The notes beneath the pieces are model-generated. The model was given only the letters and a program-made list of their open reading frames with translations, did not search any database and was not told where the DNA came from. Positions 20,332 to 30,435 of a stretch of 64,000 nucleotides of DNA are shown here, piece after piece. A program made the position numbers and the translations under genes. The stretch is from IMG/VR virus record IMGVR_UViG_3300048924_000100, positions 62,001-126,000 of that record, one strand, 5' to 3'. Every line of letters starts with the position of its first letter. Position 1 is the first letter of the stretch.

Positions 20332-21210
20332 ATGCTGATCAACGCCTATGACACCACGGTCGGGAAACCTTTCAGGGCTTCTGACAAGGTCGAGAGTACT
20401 ATCAAGACCCTTCACGTCACCCGTAACCTGACTCCGACAAAGAAGCCGGGAGTGTTCGTGGTAACCCATGAAACCGACCTCCCCATCCCTATTTTCGCCT
20501 TTCCTATCACCATGGAAGGGTTCAATCGTCAACTGATCACCGTCTATGACGAACGTCCGTTCCGTAACAAAAGTAACGCGATCGTTAACCAGAACGAAAT
20601 CACCATCATGCGTCTCGCTGCGTTCCTGCAACATGACGTAGCTGAAGGCGATGTAGTGCCATTAAAGAGTTGCAGACTGATGGCAACCAAGGCATTTGCT
20701 GAAGCTTTTGGTAGTCGTTTGTCTCGTCGTGCTGGTCTGGACCTTAACGCTGGCATGACCCTCAAGGTACTGTTGGCCTACTTCATGATCTGCACTCAAG
20801 AAGAAGTGACTGCTGATCTGGAGTTGTTGTCGTTGAACGTTATTCGTTCGATCTACGGCAGCGAGAAAGGTTACATCCTGGGTATCGTGGAAGGGCTGCC
20901 TAAGTTGGCTACTCTGCAAGACCTGTTCGATGCCATCCGCGCCAACCCTGTGTTGTATCAACTGAAGGGTGTCGAGTTCAAGGACTTCATGGCCTTGCTG
21001 GGTGGTATCACCTTCATGGCGCTGGGTAGCAAGGTGATCATTGCCGCTGCTGAAGCGCCAGCCCTGTTTACTGCATTGGTGTATGGTGCAGCTCGTTACA
21101 AACTGTACGCTAAGACCCCGTTGGGGATGGCGTTGGATCCTAAATACAACAAGGGTGTATTGGAGTCGTTTACTAAACACATCGACTACACCTACGACCT
21201 CAACGGGTAA
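20332..21210 (+). CDS. Virion structural protein (gp28-like)
   Basis: GAGG RBS; synteny with the sheath and terminase genes. Confidence 0.6.
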   Translation: MLINAYDTTVGKPFRASDKVESTIKTLHVTRNLTPTKKPGVFVVTHETDLPIPIFAFPITMEGFNRQLITVYDERPFRNKSNAIVNQNEITIMRLAAFLQHDVAEGDVVPLKSCRLMATKAFAEAFGSRLSRRAGLDLNAGMTLKVLLAYFMICTQEEVTADLELLSLNVIRSIYGSEKGYILGIVEGLPKLATLQDLFDAIRANPVLYQLKGVEFKDFMALLGGITFMALGSKVIIAAAEAPALFTALVYGAARYKLYAKTPLGMALDPKYNKGVLESFTKHIDYTYDLNG

Positions 21211-21215
21211 ACATC

Positions 21216-23885
21216 ATGGGTATTCGTGGACCGGAAGACAATACGCCGCTGGTTCGATACACGGACGATCATCTCTGGTCTAATCCGGAAGAGAACCAGC
21301 AGTACCAGGTAAAGCTTAATCGCATTACCGAAGAGTACGGTTACAGTTCCAATTTCAGTTACATGAACAAGTGGCGAGCCCTGCCGAAGAAGGATACCTT
21401 CTTCCACGTGTTCTCGGTAGGGGGTCTGCATCCTGGGTTCTGGAACTTCAAGAACAACACCCTGCGTCGCAATCCACTGGATCGTTGGGTTAACTTGGGC
21501 TTGTTGTGTAAAGCCCGTGGTTTGCTGACCGACGTGTATTCGAACAAGGGTTACATGCAGAGCCGTAGCCATTGCTGGATCATGGTCACCTACGACGGCC
21601 TGGTGTTGCTGGCTATTCAGAAGCTGGCGGAAACTCCGGTCATGGATGGCGACGACATGCACTTCCGTTGCTACACGCCTTCGGTGCTGGTGGACAAGAG
21701 TCGTGCGGTTATCAACGAAGTCGGTAACCCGTTCATCTTCGAAACGTGTGTGTACGAGAACCCGAGTGAGTACGCCTCGTTCCTGGGTCGTTACAACACC
21801 GTAAAGGCGCGTCCTGGTTATACCGGGTTGTACCATAACGGTGTAGCGGTTAACGGCGGGCCTGTTGATGTCAATCCGATTGCTCCGGGTGATGTCATTG
21901 AGTTCTGGCACGACCCTACCGTGTTGCGCACCGAGCTGTATGCGTACAACACGCTCCAGTCGTTCTACTCGGAGATGGACCAGAAGCACAAGGTCATCGT
22001 TCACCCACCGAAGATCAAAGGCGATTTCACCATTCGCTACTTCGATGACAATGATTACTTCCTGATCGGACTTAATCGTCATGGGTTGTACTTCCCTCGT
22101 AACAACGAGACCGCGGTTCGTCAGCTGACTCATGCGGACGTGGCCATCGCCGATGACATGATCCAGGCTGCGAGCAACTACCATCCTGAAATGTCTGATC
22201 CATTGGACATAAAGATCCTGGTGTTGATTCGCGAGACGGCGTGGGAGTTCCAGTGGCCTCATGAACATCAACGTATCCGTTACCTGTACCGGATGCCTGA
22301 TATCGACATCATGCGAGCCATGGTGGATGCACGGGCTAACATGCCTGAGTGGACGGCCAAGGAACTGGAACAAGGTCCGGTGATGTCGTTGCTGCGTAAG
22401 CAGTGGAAGACTGTCAAGCGTGATGATGCGATCATGTCGGTAGGCTACAACGCCGCCACACGCGTTCTAAGCGAGACACCGCTCCGAGCCACCTACTTGC
22501 TGGGCAGTCGGGGTATCGAGGTCCCAGTGACCTACCAGGAGGCTTGTACTGCCTGGGAACACGATGCCGACGGCAAGCTGTTGGAATGGCGCAACATGAC
22601 GGGTATCCTGTACTACTCGCCTAACAACCCGGCCTGTGCCATGGTGGAGTTTACCATGGGCGAGACTGGTCGTGAGTTGGACATGCTCATCACCAACCAG
22701 GACGTACCGGTCAGCAAGGATTGGGACTACCAGGTCTACACCGTTAGTTGGAACATCAACATCCAGGATATCGTAGGCCCTTGGGTCAACGTCACTGGCG
22801 ATGCGACCAAGTACCGGATCGAAGACGGTGTGTTGATCTGGACTGGATTGGACCGTATCAACAAGCGCGGCATCCTGATCAGTAACAAGAAGATCCTGGG
22901 CTACCAATTCCAATTGGAGCACCTTGATCACAGCTTGGCCTTTGCTATCACGGATATCTATCCTGACGGCGGGCATCTGACCGGGTTGACGTGGGCACAG
23001 ATCGACATCTGGATAAACGGCCATCCGTTGATTGACAAGGTAGATTGGATCTATGACGAGCAGTACTGCTACATCAACAACAAAGAGTTCCTCGTCGACG
23101 GCCCGCAAGACATTGTTGTACGGGCGATGGGTCTTGATAAAACTGTGGTGCTACCGAACTCTGACACCGAACTCGGATTTGTGGATGGCGGGGTTATTGG
23201 CCGCGTCGATCGCTACAATCTGCGCGGGGATCGAGTTACTCGTACGGTTATTAATGGGGGCCTTTACCTGACCGATGAAGTTCCACGGGCAGAGCGAGAC
23301 GTTCCAGACGATCAGGCTAACCCCCTGAACGGCAGACCGTACATGGTCAAGCACACCTGGTGTCCAATTCGATTTGTGGAGGACTACGATGAACTCCCTT
23401 ATCGTCAACGCAGTCGCGATGTGGATCAACGGGTAAGTGATTACCTCACCGTGTGGTTGCCTAAGCCGCAAACCAACGACGAAGAGATTCACTGGGAGAA
23501 TGGGGATCCTCACCGCCCAGACGGTTCCGGTTCGGCGGTTATCGCAAACCTGCAAGACAAGTACCGGTTGTACAGTCCGTTCATGAACGTCGTGGTAAAC
23601 GGTGTGCTGAATGGTTTGATTGCACTGCCTCCCAAGGCAGATGGGGAAACCTACTACAGTGACCAGGACATTCGGGATGCGGTACAACCCTACGTTTGGT
23701 GGCTGCGGTATGACCCAATCGTTCGTAACTATGATCGTCGTTACTTTGCGATCACCCCGTTTGCTAACTTCGGTAAGCTGACCGTCTCGGACAAACAACT
23801 CATTTTCTTCAAACAGGTTAACGATCTCTACCTGAGTTCGGTTACTGTGATTGAGGGCTATTTCGAGGTAACCCCTAATGTTTGA
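21216..23885 (+). CDS. Virion structural protein (gp27-like, probably baseplate)
   Basis: 889 aa ORF; synteny. Confidence 0.65.
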   Translation: MGIRGPEDNTPLVRYTDDHLWSNPEENQQYQVKLNRITEEYGYSSNFSYMNKWRALPKKDTFFHVFSVGGLHPGFWNFKNNTLRRNPLDRWVNLGLLCKARGLLTDVYSNKGYMQSRSHCWIMVTYDGLVLLAIQKLAETPVMDGDDMHFRCYTPSVLVDKSRAVINEVGNPFIFETCVYENPSEYASFLGRYNTVKARPGYTGLYHNGVAVNGGPVDVNPIAPGDVIEFWHDPTVLRTELYAYNTLQSFYSEMDQKHKVIVHPPKIKGDFTIRYFDDNDYFLIGLNRHGLYFPRNNETAVRQLTHADVAIADDMIQAASNYHPEMSDPLDIKILVLIRETAWEFQWPHEHQRIRYLYRMPDIDIMRAMVDARANMPEWTAKELEQGPVMSLLRKQWKTVKRDDAIMSVGYNAATRVLSETPLRATYLLGSRGIEVPVTYQEACTAWEHDADGKLLEWRNMTGILYYSPNNPACAMVEFTMGETGRELDMLITNQDVPVSKDWDYQVYTVSWNINIQDIVGPWVNVTGDATKYRIEDGVLIWTGLDRINKRGILISNKKILGYQFQLEHLDHSLAFAITDIYPDGGHLTGLTWAQIDIWINGHPLIDKVDWIYDEQYCYINNKEFLVDGPQDIVVRAMGLDKTVVLPNSDTELGFVDGGVIGRVDRYNLRGDRVTRTVINGGLYLTDEVPRAERDVPDDQANPLNGRPYMVKHTWCPIRFVEDYDELPYRQRSRDVDQRVSDYLTVWLPKPQTNDEEIHWENGDPHRPDGSGSAVIANLQDKYRLYSPFMNVVVNGVLNGLIALPPKADGETYYSDQDIRDAVQPYVWWLRYDPIVRNYDRRYFAITPFANFGKLTVSDKQLIFFKQVNDLYLSSVTVIEGYFEVTPNV

Positions 23886-25596
23886 CCAATCACCGTTGTC
23901 TAACGCGGTTGCTGCTGTGGCGGGGACGAACATCAGTCCTCTCAACACCGGTGAACGCAAGAACTTCCACTACATTGAAAACGTCTACGATCCGGATATC
24001 CATCCGCCTAGTGACCTGACGAAGTACGTGGTTCCTCAGGAAGGGGAGTTGGTATTCGACACCCCTAACGGCATGATCTACTATGTGGCTAAAGTGGATT
24101 GGCAGGCTACCCTGAAGTCGACTCTGGTACCATGGCGTCTCCAGAACGCTGACGAAGGCACTACCAGTGACCAGGACTACATCTACGGTCTCCGTGGTGG
24201 TCCGATGGCGGGTGAGGCCCTGCTGTCTATCGACTACTCGGTACGTCCGAACGTAGCGCGCGTGGATTCCACCATCATGCGTCCGGGTGCAACCCATGCA
24301 TTCGTGTACCTGGGTAGTGCGGCAGTTGAGGGTAACATCATCTCGGCTCAGTACGACCAATCGATGAACATGATCAGCAAGACCGTTCCGGTTAAGCTGG
24401 CCTTGATCAACGAGTACTCGAACAAGTCGATCATGACCACCGGTCCGTTCAGTGTTACCAAGAACGAACTGGCGTTGCCTGATGGCACTCGTGCCTGGTT
24501 GGTGTTCTTCGAGGGTGATAACTTCATCCCGCCTGCTCAGCCGTTGATGGTTCAGCATTCGGCGTACATGAAAGACCACAACATCGGCGTCAAGTATGTC
24601 ACTGGTGTTGAGCTGTTGTCTCCATGGTTCACCCACATCAGTGATCGTGATCGTCTGATCATTCCGGTTAACGTTCAGCTGTCGGCAGTCGAGTTGCGTG
24701 CAATTACGCATTACTCTGACGGTTCGACTTCTGATCCAGAGCCGGTTAACGGTGGCGAGTACAGCCTGTTTGGTGTTAACGAGTACCGTCCTAAGTTCCC
24801 TGGTCAAACCGCTGATGTGGTATTGGTCAAGAAGCTGGCGGTGAACGAACAACACTACGAGGCTCAGCCGGGTAACCCGAACTTCGTGCGTCACTCGTAT
24901 ACCTTCGAGGCCGGTGCGTCCAAGGGTGCTTACAGCCCACGGATCTTCACCTACCCTCAATGGGATGCGTCGCTCAACGGTTATCGTCTGCAGCACTTCC
25001 TGTACGACCTGGACCGCAGAACGTTCGTCGACGTCACTGCCGTTGTTACTTACAACGACAAGAGCCCAGCCTACAAGCCGTCCTCGTACGGCCTGTCGCA
25101 GTCGCTCATCTTCAACATCAACCTCAAGGACGTCGCTCCGACGTACGAAAGTGTGCCGTTCATTCAGCATACTGAGATTGTGTTGCTGAAGGATGTCAAC
25201 GGTCCGGGCAATCGCTGGAGTGTGAACTACACCTACGGCAAGCCTACTTACACTGCGAAGAATGTCGTGGCGGCTAACAACGGGGTTAACACCCGGTTCA
25301 GTCTCGTCAACGGTCAGGATGCGCTGGACGAGTGGCTGGATGTGATGTACTGGTCGATCTACCCGAGCTACGACGTCTTCAACGAAGACAAAGCTCCAAC
25401 CCCAACGCACTTCGATCTGATGCATGAAGATGGCCGCAAGTGGCGCTTCCCGGTTACCGCCTGGAATCAAAACAACGCGATCACCATTGCCATGCAGAAG
25501 GGCAAGACCTGGTACATCAACTGGGTCAACAAAGACGTGGCTGGCGTTGAGCTGCAACTCGGCATGACCGGCGTTACGGTGGAAGTGGCACCTTAA
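23878..25596 (+). CDS. Virion structural protein (gp26-like)
   Basis: 572 aa beta-rich ORF overlapping the previous gene; synteny. Confidence 0.65.
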   Translation: MFDQSPLSNAVAAVAGTNISPLNTGERKNFHYIENVYDPDIHPPSDLTKYVVPQEGELVFDTPNGMIYYVAKVDWQATLKSTLVPWRLQNADEGTTSDQDYIYGLRGGPMAGEALLSIDYSVRPNVARVDSTIMRPGATHAFVYLGSAAVEGNIISAQYDQSMNMISKTVPVKLALINEYSNKSIMTTGPFSVTKNELALPDGTRAWLVFFEGDNFIPPAQPLMVQHSAYMKDHNIGVKYVTGVELLSPWFTHISDRDRLIIPVNVQLSAVELRAITHYSDGSTSDPEPVNGGEYSLFGVNEYRPKFPGQTADVVLVKKLAVNEQHYEAQPGNPNFVRHSYTFEAGASKGAYSPRIFTYPQWDASLNGYRLQHFLYDLDRRTFVDVTAVVTYNDKSPAYKPSSYGLSQSLIFNINLKDVAPTYESVPFIQHTEIVLLKDVNGPGNRWSVNYTYGKPTYTAKNVVAANNGVNTRFSLVNGQDALDEWLDVMYWSIYPSYDVFNEDKAPTPTHFDLMHEDGRKWRFPVTAWNQNNAITIAMQKGKTWYINWVNKDVAGVELQLGMTGVTVEVAP

Positions 25597-25629
25597 TGTT
25601 ATACACGTAATCCCTCATCGGAGAAATGT

Positions 25630-25824
25630 ATGACCTCGCAAGTTAAAGTGTCGGCTCATTGTGCTGCTAACAAGGAAGTTGTCGCTCGTGTTGTTAACGT
25701 GGTGACCAACGAACAGCTGGAAGAAGTGGTTCTGCAAGACGGCGAAAGTCGTGACTTGCTGATCTACGACGACCGTGCGGTAATCACGCATGAGCGTGTT
25801 AAAGAAGTCGCTGTAGCCGAGTAA
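25630..25824 (+). CDS. Small hypothetical protein
   Basis: GGAG RBS; 64 aa; followed by a terminator. Confidence 0.65.
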   Translation: MTSQVKVSAHCAANKEVVARVVNVVTNEQLEEVVLQDGESRDLLIYDDRAVITHERVKEVAVAE

Positions 25825-25835
25825 CGCCGTTACAA

Positions 25836-25873
25836 CAGGCCTGGGGGTAACACCCTGGGCCTGCTTTATTCTT
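25836..25873 (+). terminator. Intrinsic terminator
   Basis: CAGGCCTGGGG / CCCTGGGCCTG plus T-rich tail. Confidence 0.7.
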
Positions 25874-25917
25874 AATGCGTTATATTTATTTTTTGATATG
25901 TGTAATGGGAACTTATC

Positions 25918-28900
25918 ATGGAAACAGTTGACAGTGACAACACGGCAAAAGACAGTACGTTAAAGTTTGCAAAAGAGTTGATGAACTACCTGGGTGCACA
26001 GAACCTCCCCAAGGAACTTATCGACGACCGCAAGAAACGAGTGGACTGGGAGAAGCGCACTGATGATGAGTTGGTCATGGCGCACTTCGACGAAGACAGC
26101 TTGTCCAAGATCAAGACGGTTCGTTTCCTCAAGGACTTTGCCCGCTACAAAGCACAGCCTGACCGTACTACCAAGAACACCAGCTTCTTGCGGACAGCAG
26201 AGATCTTCCGTCAGCAGGGGATCAAGAACTACTACTTCCTCCTGCAACTGAACAACCCGGCTTTGATCGGGGTAGACCCGTATGACGAGAACTTGACCAA
26301 CGAACAGAAGGTCATGATCATGCACGAATCGGAGACCAACTTCTGGTACTTCCTTCGTGAGGTGTGTAAGCTCCGGGCTGACCGTCAGTTCTTAGCGAAC
26401 CGGGGTAACATCAGTTTCATCTGGAACTACCTGAACCACATTACCCAGTACATGATCATGCCTCGTCAGCAGGGCAAGTATCAGGATGACAACAACAAGG
26501 TTCGTATCGCTACGGCTAACGGTAAGGTGAACGAGCCTAAGGACGCCTGGGTACGTATTGGTGACCTTAAAGCGGGTGATGAGGTTATCGACCGTTATGG
26601 CAAGAAGTGTACAGTTATCGGTATCCATCCTCAGGGTATCAAACGACTGTACCGGGTTTACGCCAGCGATGGTCGTTATGTGGACGCGGGCCCTGAGCAC
26701 CTCTGGACGCTGGCTGACCACAGCCGTAAGGTGAACGATGATCCGATCTGGGATGACTACACCACTGCAGAGATGATTGACAAGCTCAAGTCTGATGTGA
26801 TCCTTGAGTTTCCGTTGATCGAAGCCGAACAAGGGGTTGCTAAAACCCTGGCGATTGATCCGTATGTGATGGGTACCTTGATTGGTGGCCAACGTATCGG
26901 TGGGTTCATTCTGATCAAGAAGGTTTCTGAAGCGGCTGATGCTTGGATTGAAGAGAACCTGCCTGAAGGTCTTGAGCTGGTTAAGAAGGGCAATCGTCGT
27001 GAGATCCATTCGACAGACGAGAATGTCAAGATTACCTTCGATCCAGACATGGGTGTGCCGTCGCACTACCTGGAAGGTGCTCTGTCAGATCGCCTGGCGC
27101 TCCTACAAGCGTTTCTGGACCAAGGAGCCATCGGTGAGGAGGGTGTGGTCTACAACACCACTAGCAGGCTTGTAGGCGGTCATGTTCAATACCTGGCGCG
27201 TGGCTTGGGTGGTACTGCTTCCAAATCGAGTAACAAGATCACCGTAACCCTGCCGCATTCGATGGCGTTGTTTAAGTACAAGCATGTCGAGGACGAGTTC
27301 GTTTATCAGAACCAACTGTTTGTGGAACGCATCGAGTATCAGGGCGAAGCACCTTGCACCTGCATCGAGGTCGACAACGAGGATCACCTCTACGTCACTG
27401 ATGACTTCCTGGTCACTCACAACACCGTGTCGGTACAGGTTATTGCTTTCTGGCTGACGTACATCATGGGTCGGGGCTACAAGTCTCACCTGGTAACGCT
27501 GAAGTCGGATAACCGGGCTCAGTTCATTGACGCAATCAAGAAGATCCGAACGTGTCTGCCGAAGTACCTGGTTAACCCAACTTGGAAGGACAAGGATGCG
27601 GGTAACTACCTGACGTATAAAGCGTTTGGGGAGGAGCACGTGAACACCCTGACCATCTCAGTACCCCAGATGGGCGAAGACGCCGCAGGCGACCTTGGAC
27701 GGGGTCTCACGGTAGGTACCACGAACTACGACGAGCCAGGTTACATCAACTGGATCGAGGCGATCATCAACGGATGCTCTCCTTCTGCTTTGACAGAGAT
27801 GGAGATTTGTCGTGACAGCGGCATTCCTTACGGGATCAGTTATATCACGACACCGAATACGACCCTGCATCCAAGTGGTGCATTCATGTTCGAGAAGTTG
27901 ATGACATCGACCGAGTGGCGTGAGAAGTTCTTCGACTCGTACAGCGAAAGTCATCTGAAGATGCGCTTGCTTAAAGCCTCTCCGAAGAAGACCACCTCGC
28001 CTTCTGTGGCCCTTGTGTATAACTACCTGCAACTGGGTAAAGACAAGGCCTGGGTACGGGAGACTATCGACAGCCTCAACCTCAGCCTTGCTAAGGCGAA
28101 GATCGACTTGCTCCTCATGTGGGTTGAAGACGGTGAGAACCGTGTGTTCGACGACGTGACGCGTGAAGCGATTAACAACGTTAAGCGGGATAAGGTTTGG
28201 AGTAAGGAGTATCGTGACACGGGTCTGTTTATCGACTTCTTTGTCACGCAGCAAGAACTGCTAGAGATGGCGAAGAAGAGTTATAATGACTTCTTCCTCA
28301 TTGGGGTGGATACCTCGTCGGCTATCAACAAGGATGCCTGTACGCTGATCATCCGCAGTATCAAGACCGGTAAGGTCATTGGGGTGGGTCGTTATCAGTT
28401 GGCGTTCCTGGATGACGTGACGGGCATTATCGTCGACATGCTGACTACCTTCGAGAACAGCCTGTTGGTGATTGAGCGCAACTATGCTCACCACATGATC
28501 GACAACCTGCTGGTGATGCTGCCAGCTAAAGGGATGGATCCATTCACTCGAATCTACAACACGGTCTTCCAAGATCCTGTTAACCATTCGAAGGAATATG
28601 AGGCAGTTCAGAACACCAAGTTTGCTCACCGCAGTAAAAGCTTCTACCTGAAGTACAAACAGTTCTTCGGGTTCGTCACCACCCAGACATCGCGTCAAGT
28701 GCTGTACGGGCTGATTCAGGAAGCTGTGGGTAACACGGGGTATGGTCTGAACTACGACAGGCTTGCTGACGAGCTTATCAACCTCAAGACGCGGGGCGAT
28801 CGAATCGACCACGATAGCAAACAGCACGATGACTTGGTTATCGCCTGGTTGTTGACTTACTGGTTTATCAAGCTGGGGCAGAACAAGCCGATGTACGGGA

Positions 28901-29211
28901 TTCCTACCGGGATTGCGTTGTCGGAAACTCGTAACCTGCTGGACGCTGGTAAGAACCGCAATGCTCCTGAAGTCGATCCAAGTATTGTCTCGTTTATGGA
29001 CAACATCAGGAAGCGTGTACAGAAGCTTACAGATGAGTTGTTGAACACCAACGACAACATCCTGGCCATGCGACTGGAAGCCGAGATCAACAAGCTCAGC
29101 AAACTGCTTCCGGTTGAGACGGCTAAACTTCTTACCGTGGATACCTTAATCGAAACAGCTAAGCTTGAGCGTGCCAAGCGGATGCTCAGAGAACGTAAAC
29201 GTGCTGCGTAA
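25918..29211 (+). CDS. terL: Terminase large subunit (gp25-like) with intein
   Basis: Walker A PRQQGK|T split by an intein, Walker B NYDE, coupling motif ITTP, and nuclease motifs IGVDTS and HDDLVIAW. Confidence 0.9.
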   Translation: METVDSDNTAKDSTLKFAKELMNYLGAQNLPKELIDDRKKRVDWEKRTDDELVMAHFDEDSLSKIKTVRFLKDFARYKAQPDRTTKNTSFLRTAEIFRQQGIKNYYFLLQLNNPALIGVDPYDENLTNEQKVMIMHESETNFWYFLREVCKLRADRQFLANRGNISFIWNYLNHITQYMIMPRQQGKYQDDNNKVRIATANGKVNEPKDAWVRIGDLKAGDEVIDRYGKKCTVIGIHPQGIKRLYRVYASDGRYVDAGPEHLWTLADHSRKVNDDPIWDDYTTAEMIDKLKSDVILEFPLIEAEQGVAKTLAIDPYVMGTLIGGQRIGGFILIKKVSEAADAWIEENLPEGLELVKKGNRREIHSTDENVKITFDPDMGVPSHYLEGALSDRLALLQAFLDQGAIGEEGVVYNTTSRLVGGHVQYLARGLGGTASKSSNKITVTLPHSMALFKYKHVEDEFVYQNQLFVERIEYQGEAPCTCIEVDNEDHLYVTDDFLVTHNTVSVQVIAFWLTYIMGRGYKSHLVTLKSDNRAQFIDAIKKIRTCLPKYLVNPTWKDKDAGNYLTYKAFGEEHVNTLTISVPQMGEDAAGDLGRGLTVGTTNYDEPGYINWIEAIINGCSPSALTEMEICRDSGIPYGISYITTPNTTLHPSGAFMFEKLMTSTEWREKFFDSYSESHLKMRLLKASPKKTTSPSVALVYNYLQLGKDKAWVRETIDSLNLSLAKAKIDLLLMWVEDGENRVFDDVTREAINNVKRDKVWSKEYRDTGLFIDFFVTQQELLEMAKKSYNDFFLIGVDTSSAINKDACTLIIRSIKTGKVIGVGRYQLAFLDDVTGIIVDMLTTFENSLLVIERNYAHHMIDNLLVMLPAKGMDPFTRIYNTVFQDPVNHSKEYEAVQNTKFAHRSKSFYLKYKQFFGFVTTQTSRQVLYGLIQEAVGNTGYGLNYDRLADELINLKTRGDRIDHDSKQHDDLVIAWLLTYWFIKLGQNKPMYGIPTGIALSETRNLLDAGKNRNAPEVDPSIVSFMDNIRKRVQKLTDELLNTNDNILAMRLEAEINKLSKLLPVETAKLLTVDTLIETAKLERAKRMLRERKRAA
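26479..27423 (+). mobile_element. Class 3 intein (315 aa) with LAGLIDADG-like endonuclease remnant in terL
   Basis: Inserted at GK|T. Block B GPEHLW, block F CTCIEV, and C-terminus LVTHN followed by Thr+1. Confidence 0.9.
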
Positions 29212-29231
29212 CCCAACTCCCTGGAGAAACC

Positions 29232-29912
29232 ATGTCTGTTGACATCACCAAGTTCCTCATTGCTACACCACTGCCCGTTTCGGATACCAATCCGGTGGCA
29301 CTTGAACTCATGGGCGATTTGGCTCTAATTCAGTGTCCGGAAGTTATCTCGTTACTGGAAGGTGGCGCTGTGAGGTTTACCGCTCCTACCCAAGGAGCTT
29401 CCAGCAAAAGCACCAAACGCACTCGCTGTGAATGGAAGGAACCTGAGTACTGGGCTCTGGCTAGTGCTGCGCGACATTGGAGTCGTCAAGAGATTACACT
29501 TGAGAAAGTCAACTCAGCGCAGAAGGTAGTTATCGGGCAGATCCATGTCAAAGACGCTACCACTCCTCCGCTGAAGGTGTTCTGGAACAAGGGCAAGATC
29601 ACCATCGGGTTTCGTCGTAGCTTTGCCAGCCCTGATATCGTCAACACTGTGATCCATAACAGCGTACCTTTGGGTGCTACGTTTAAACTCAGTATTGGCG
29701 TGACCTCTAACGGGTCGGTATCGATCAACGTCCTGTGCAATGGCGTGCCGTCGATCAAGCTGTCCTGGAAACTGGATGACACTTGGCAAGATCAGGTGCT
29801 TCAGTTCCATGGCGGCTTGTACAACCAGATCGATTATGCCGATGATACTCCAGCAGAAGACGGATCAGTGACTGTGATCTCTGAACTGACGGTTACCCAC
29901 GGCGCTGTGTAA
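29232..29912 (+). CDS. Polysaccharide lyase family 7 (alginate lyase-like)
   Basis: The three PL7 motifs are present: RTRCEW (RxEL-like), QIH and FHGGLYNQ (FKAGxYxQ-like). Confidence 0.8.
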   Translation: MSVDITKFLIATPLPVSDTNPVALELMGDLALIQCPEVISLLEGGAVRFTAPTQGASSKSTKRTRCEWKEPEYWALASAARHWSRQEITLEKVNSAQKVVIGQIHVKDATTPPLKVFWNKGKITIGFRRSFASPDIVNTVIHNSVPLGATFKLSIGVTSNGSVSINVLCNGVPSIKLSWKLDDTWQDQVLQFHGGLYNQIDYADDTPAEDGSVTVISELTVTHGAV

Positions 29913-29926
29913 TTCCCCATCAACCG

Positions 29927-29970
29927 ACCATAACCCTACCCTGGCCTTACGGCTGGGGTAGGGGTGGTTT
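29927..29970. terminator. Terminator between convergent genes
   Basis: CCCTACCCTGGCC-TTAC-GGCTGGGGTAGGG hairpin. Confidence 0.7.
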
Positions 29971-29988
29971 AAAGAGATTTACATAAAA

Positions 29989-30420
29989 TTAAAACCACTC
30001 AGTGCGCTCAGTGATCACATTGAGTGTTGCTTCCATACAGGACAGTTGGGTTACCATCAGCTGTATTTCCCATTCAGTGACGTGGAACGGCTCCAGGTCA
30101 TTGATCTCTTGTTTCAGTGTCGCGATGTCATTCTCCAGTTGAACCTTCTTGGCGAAGACCCGTTGTTGCTCTGGAGTGTACTTACCCATGTTGCCCATTT
30201 TTAGGTAAGCATTTTCGTGCTGTTCTTTTGGCGCCCAGGAGATGTACCCCTGATGGTCCGGATGGTTTGGTTTCCCGCCATCCAAGTATTCGACCAAATA
30301 GCCCTGATCGCCGCCATCTTCGTCAGCGGGGAGTTCCCATCCCCGATAGCTAATGTACTCTTGGCGAGTCATAGCCTTTGACTTGACGATTTTCGTTCCT
30401 ACGAAGTGATGAAGAACCAT
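29989..30420 (-). CDS. Two-domain phage protein (GYLVEY..GYISW domain plus helical crAss001_48-like domain)
   Basis: GTKIVK..MTR..Y..YRGW..GYLVEYLDGG..GYISWAPKE motif; C-terminal QQRV..QL..ME..L..I.ER. Confidence 0.7.
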   Translation of the reverse strand: MVLHHFVGTKIVKSKAMTRQEYISYRGWELPADEDGGDQGYLVEYLDGGKPNHPDHQGYISWAPKEQHENAYLKMGNMGKYTPEQQRVFAKKVQLENDIATLKQEINDLEPFHVTEWEIQLMVTQLSCMEATLNVITERTEWF

Positions 30421-30435
30421 AACTGGTCTCCGGTG

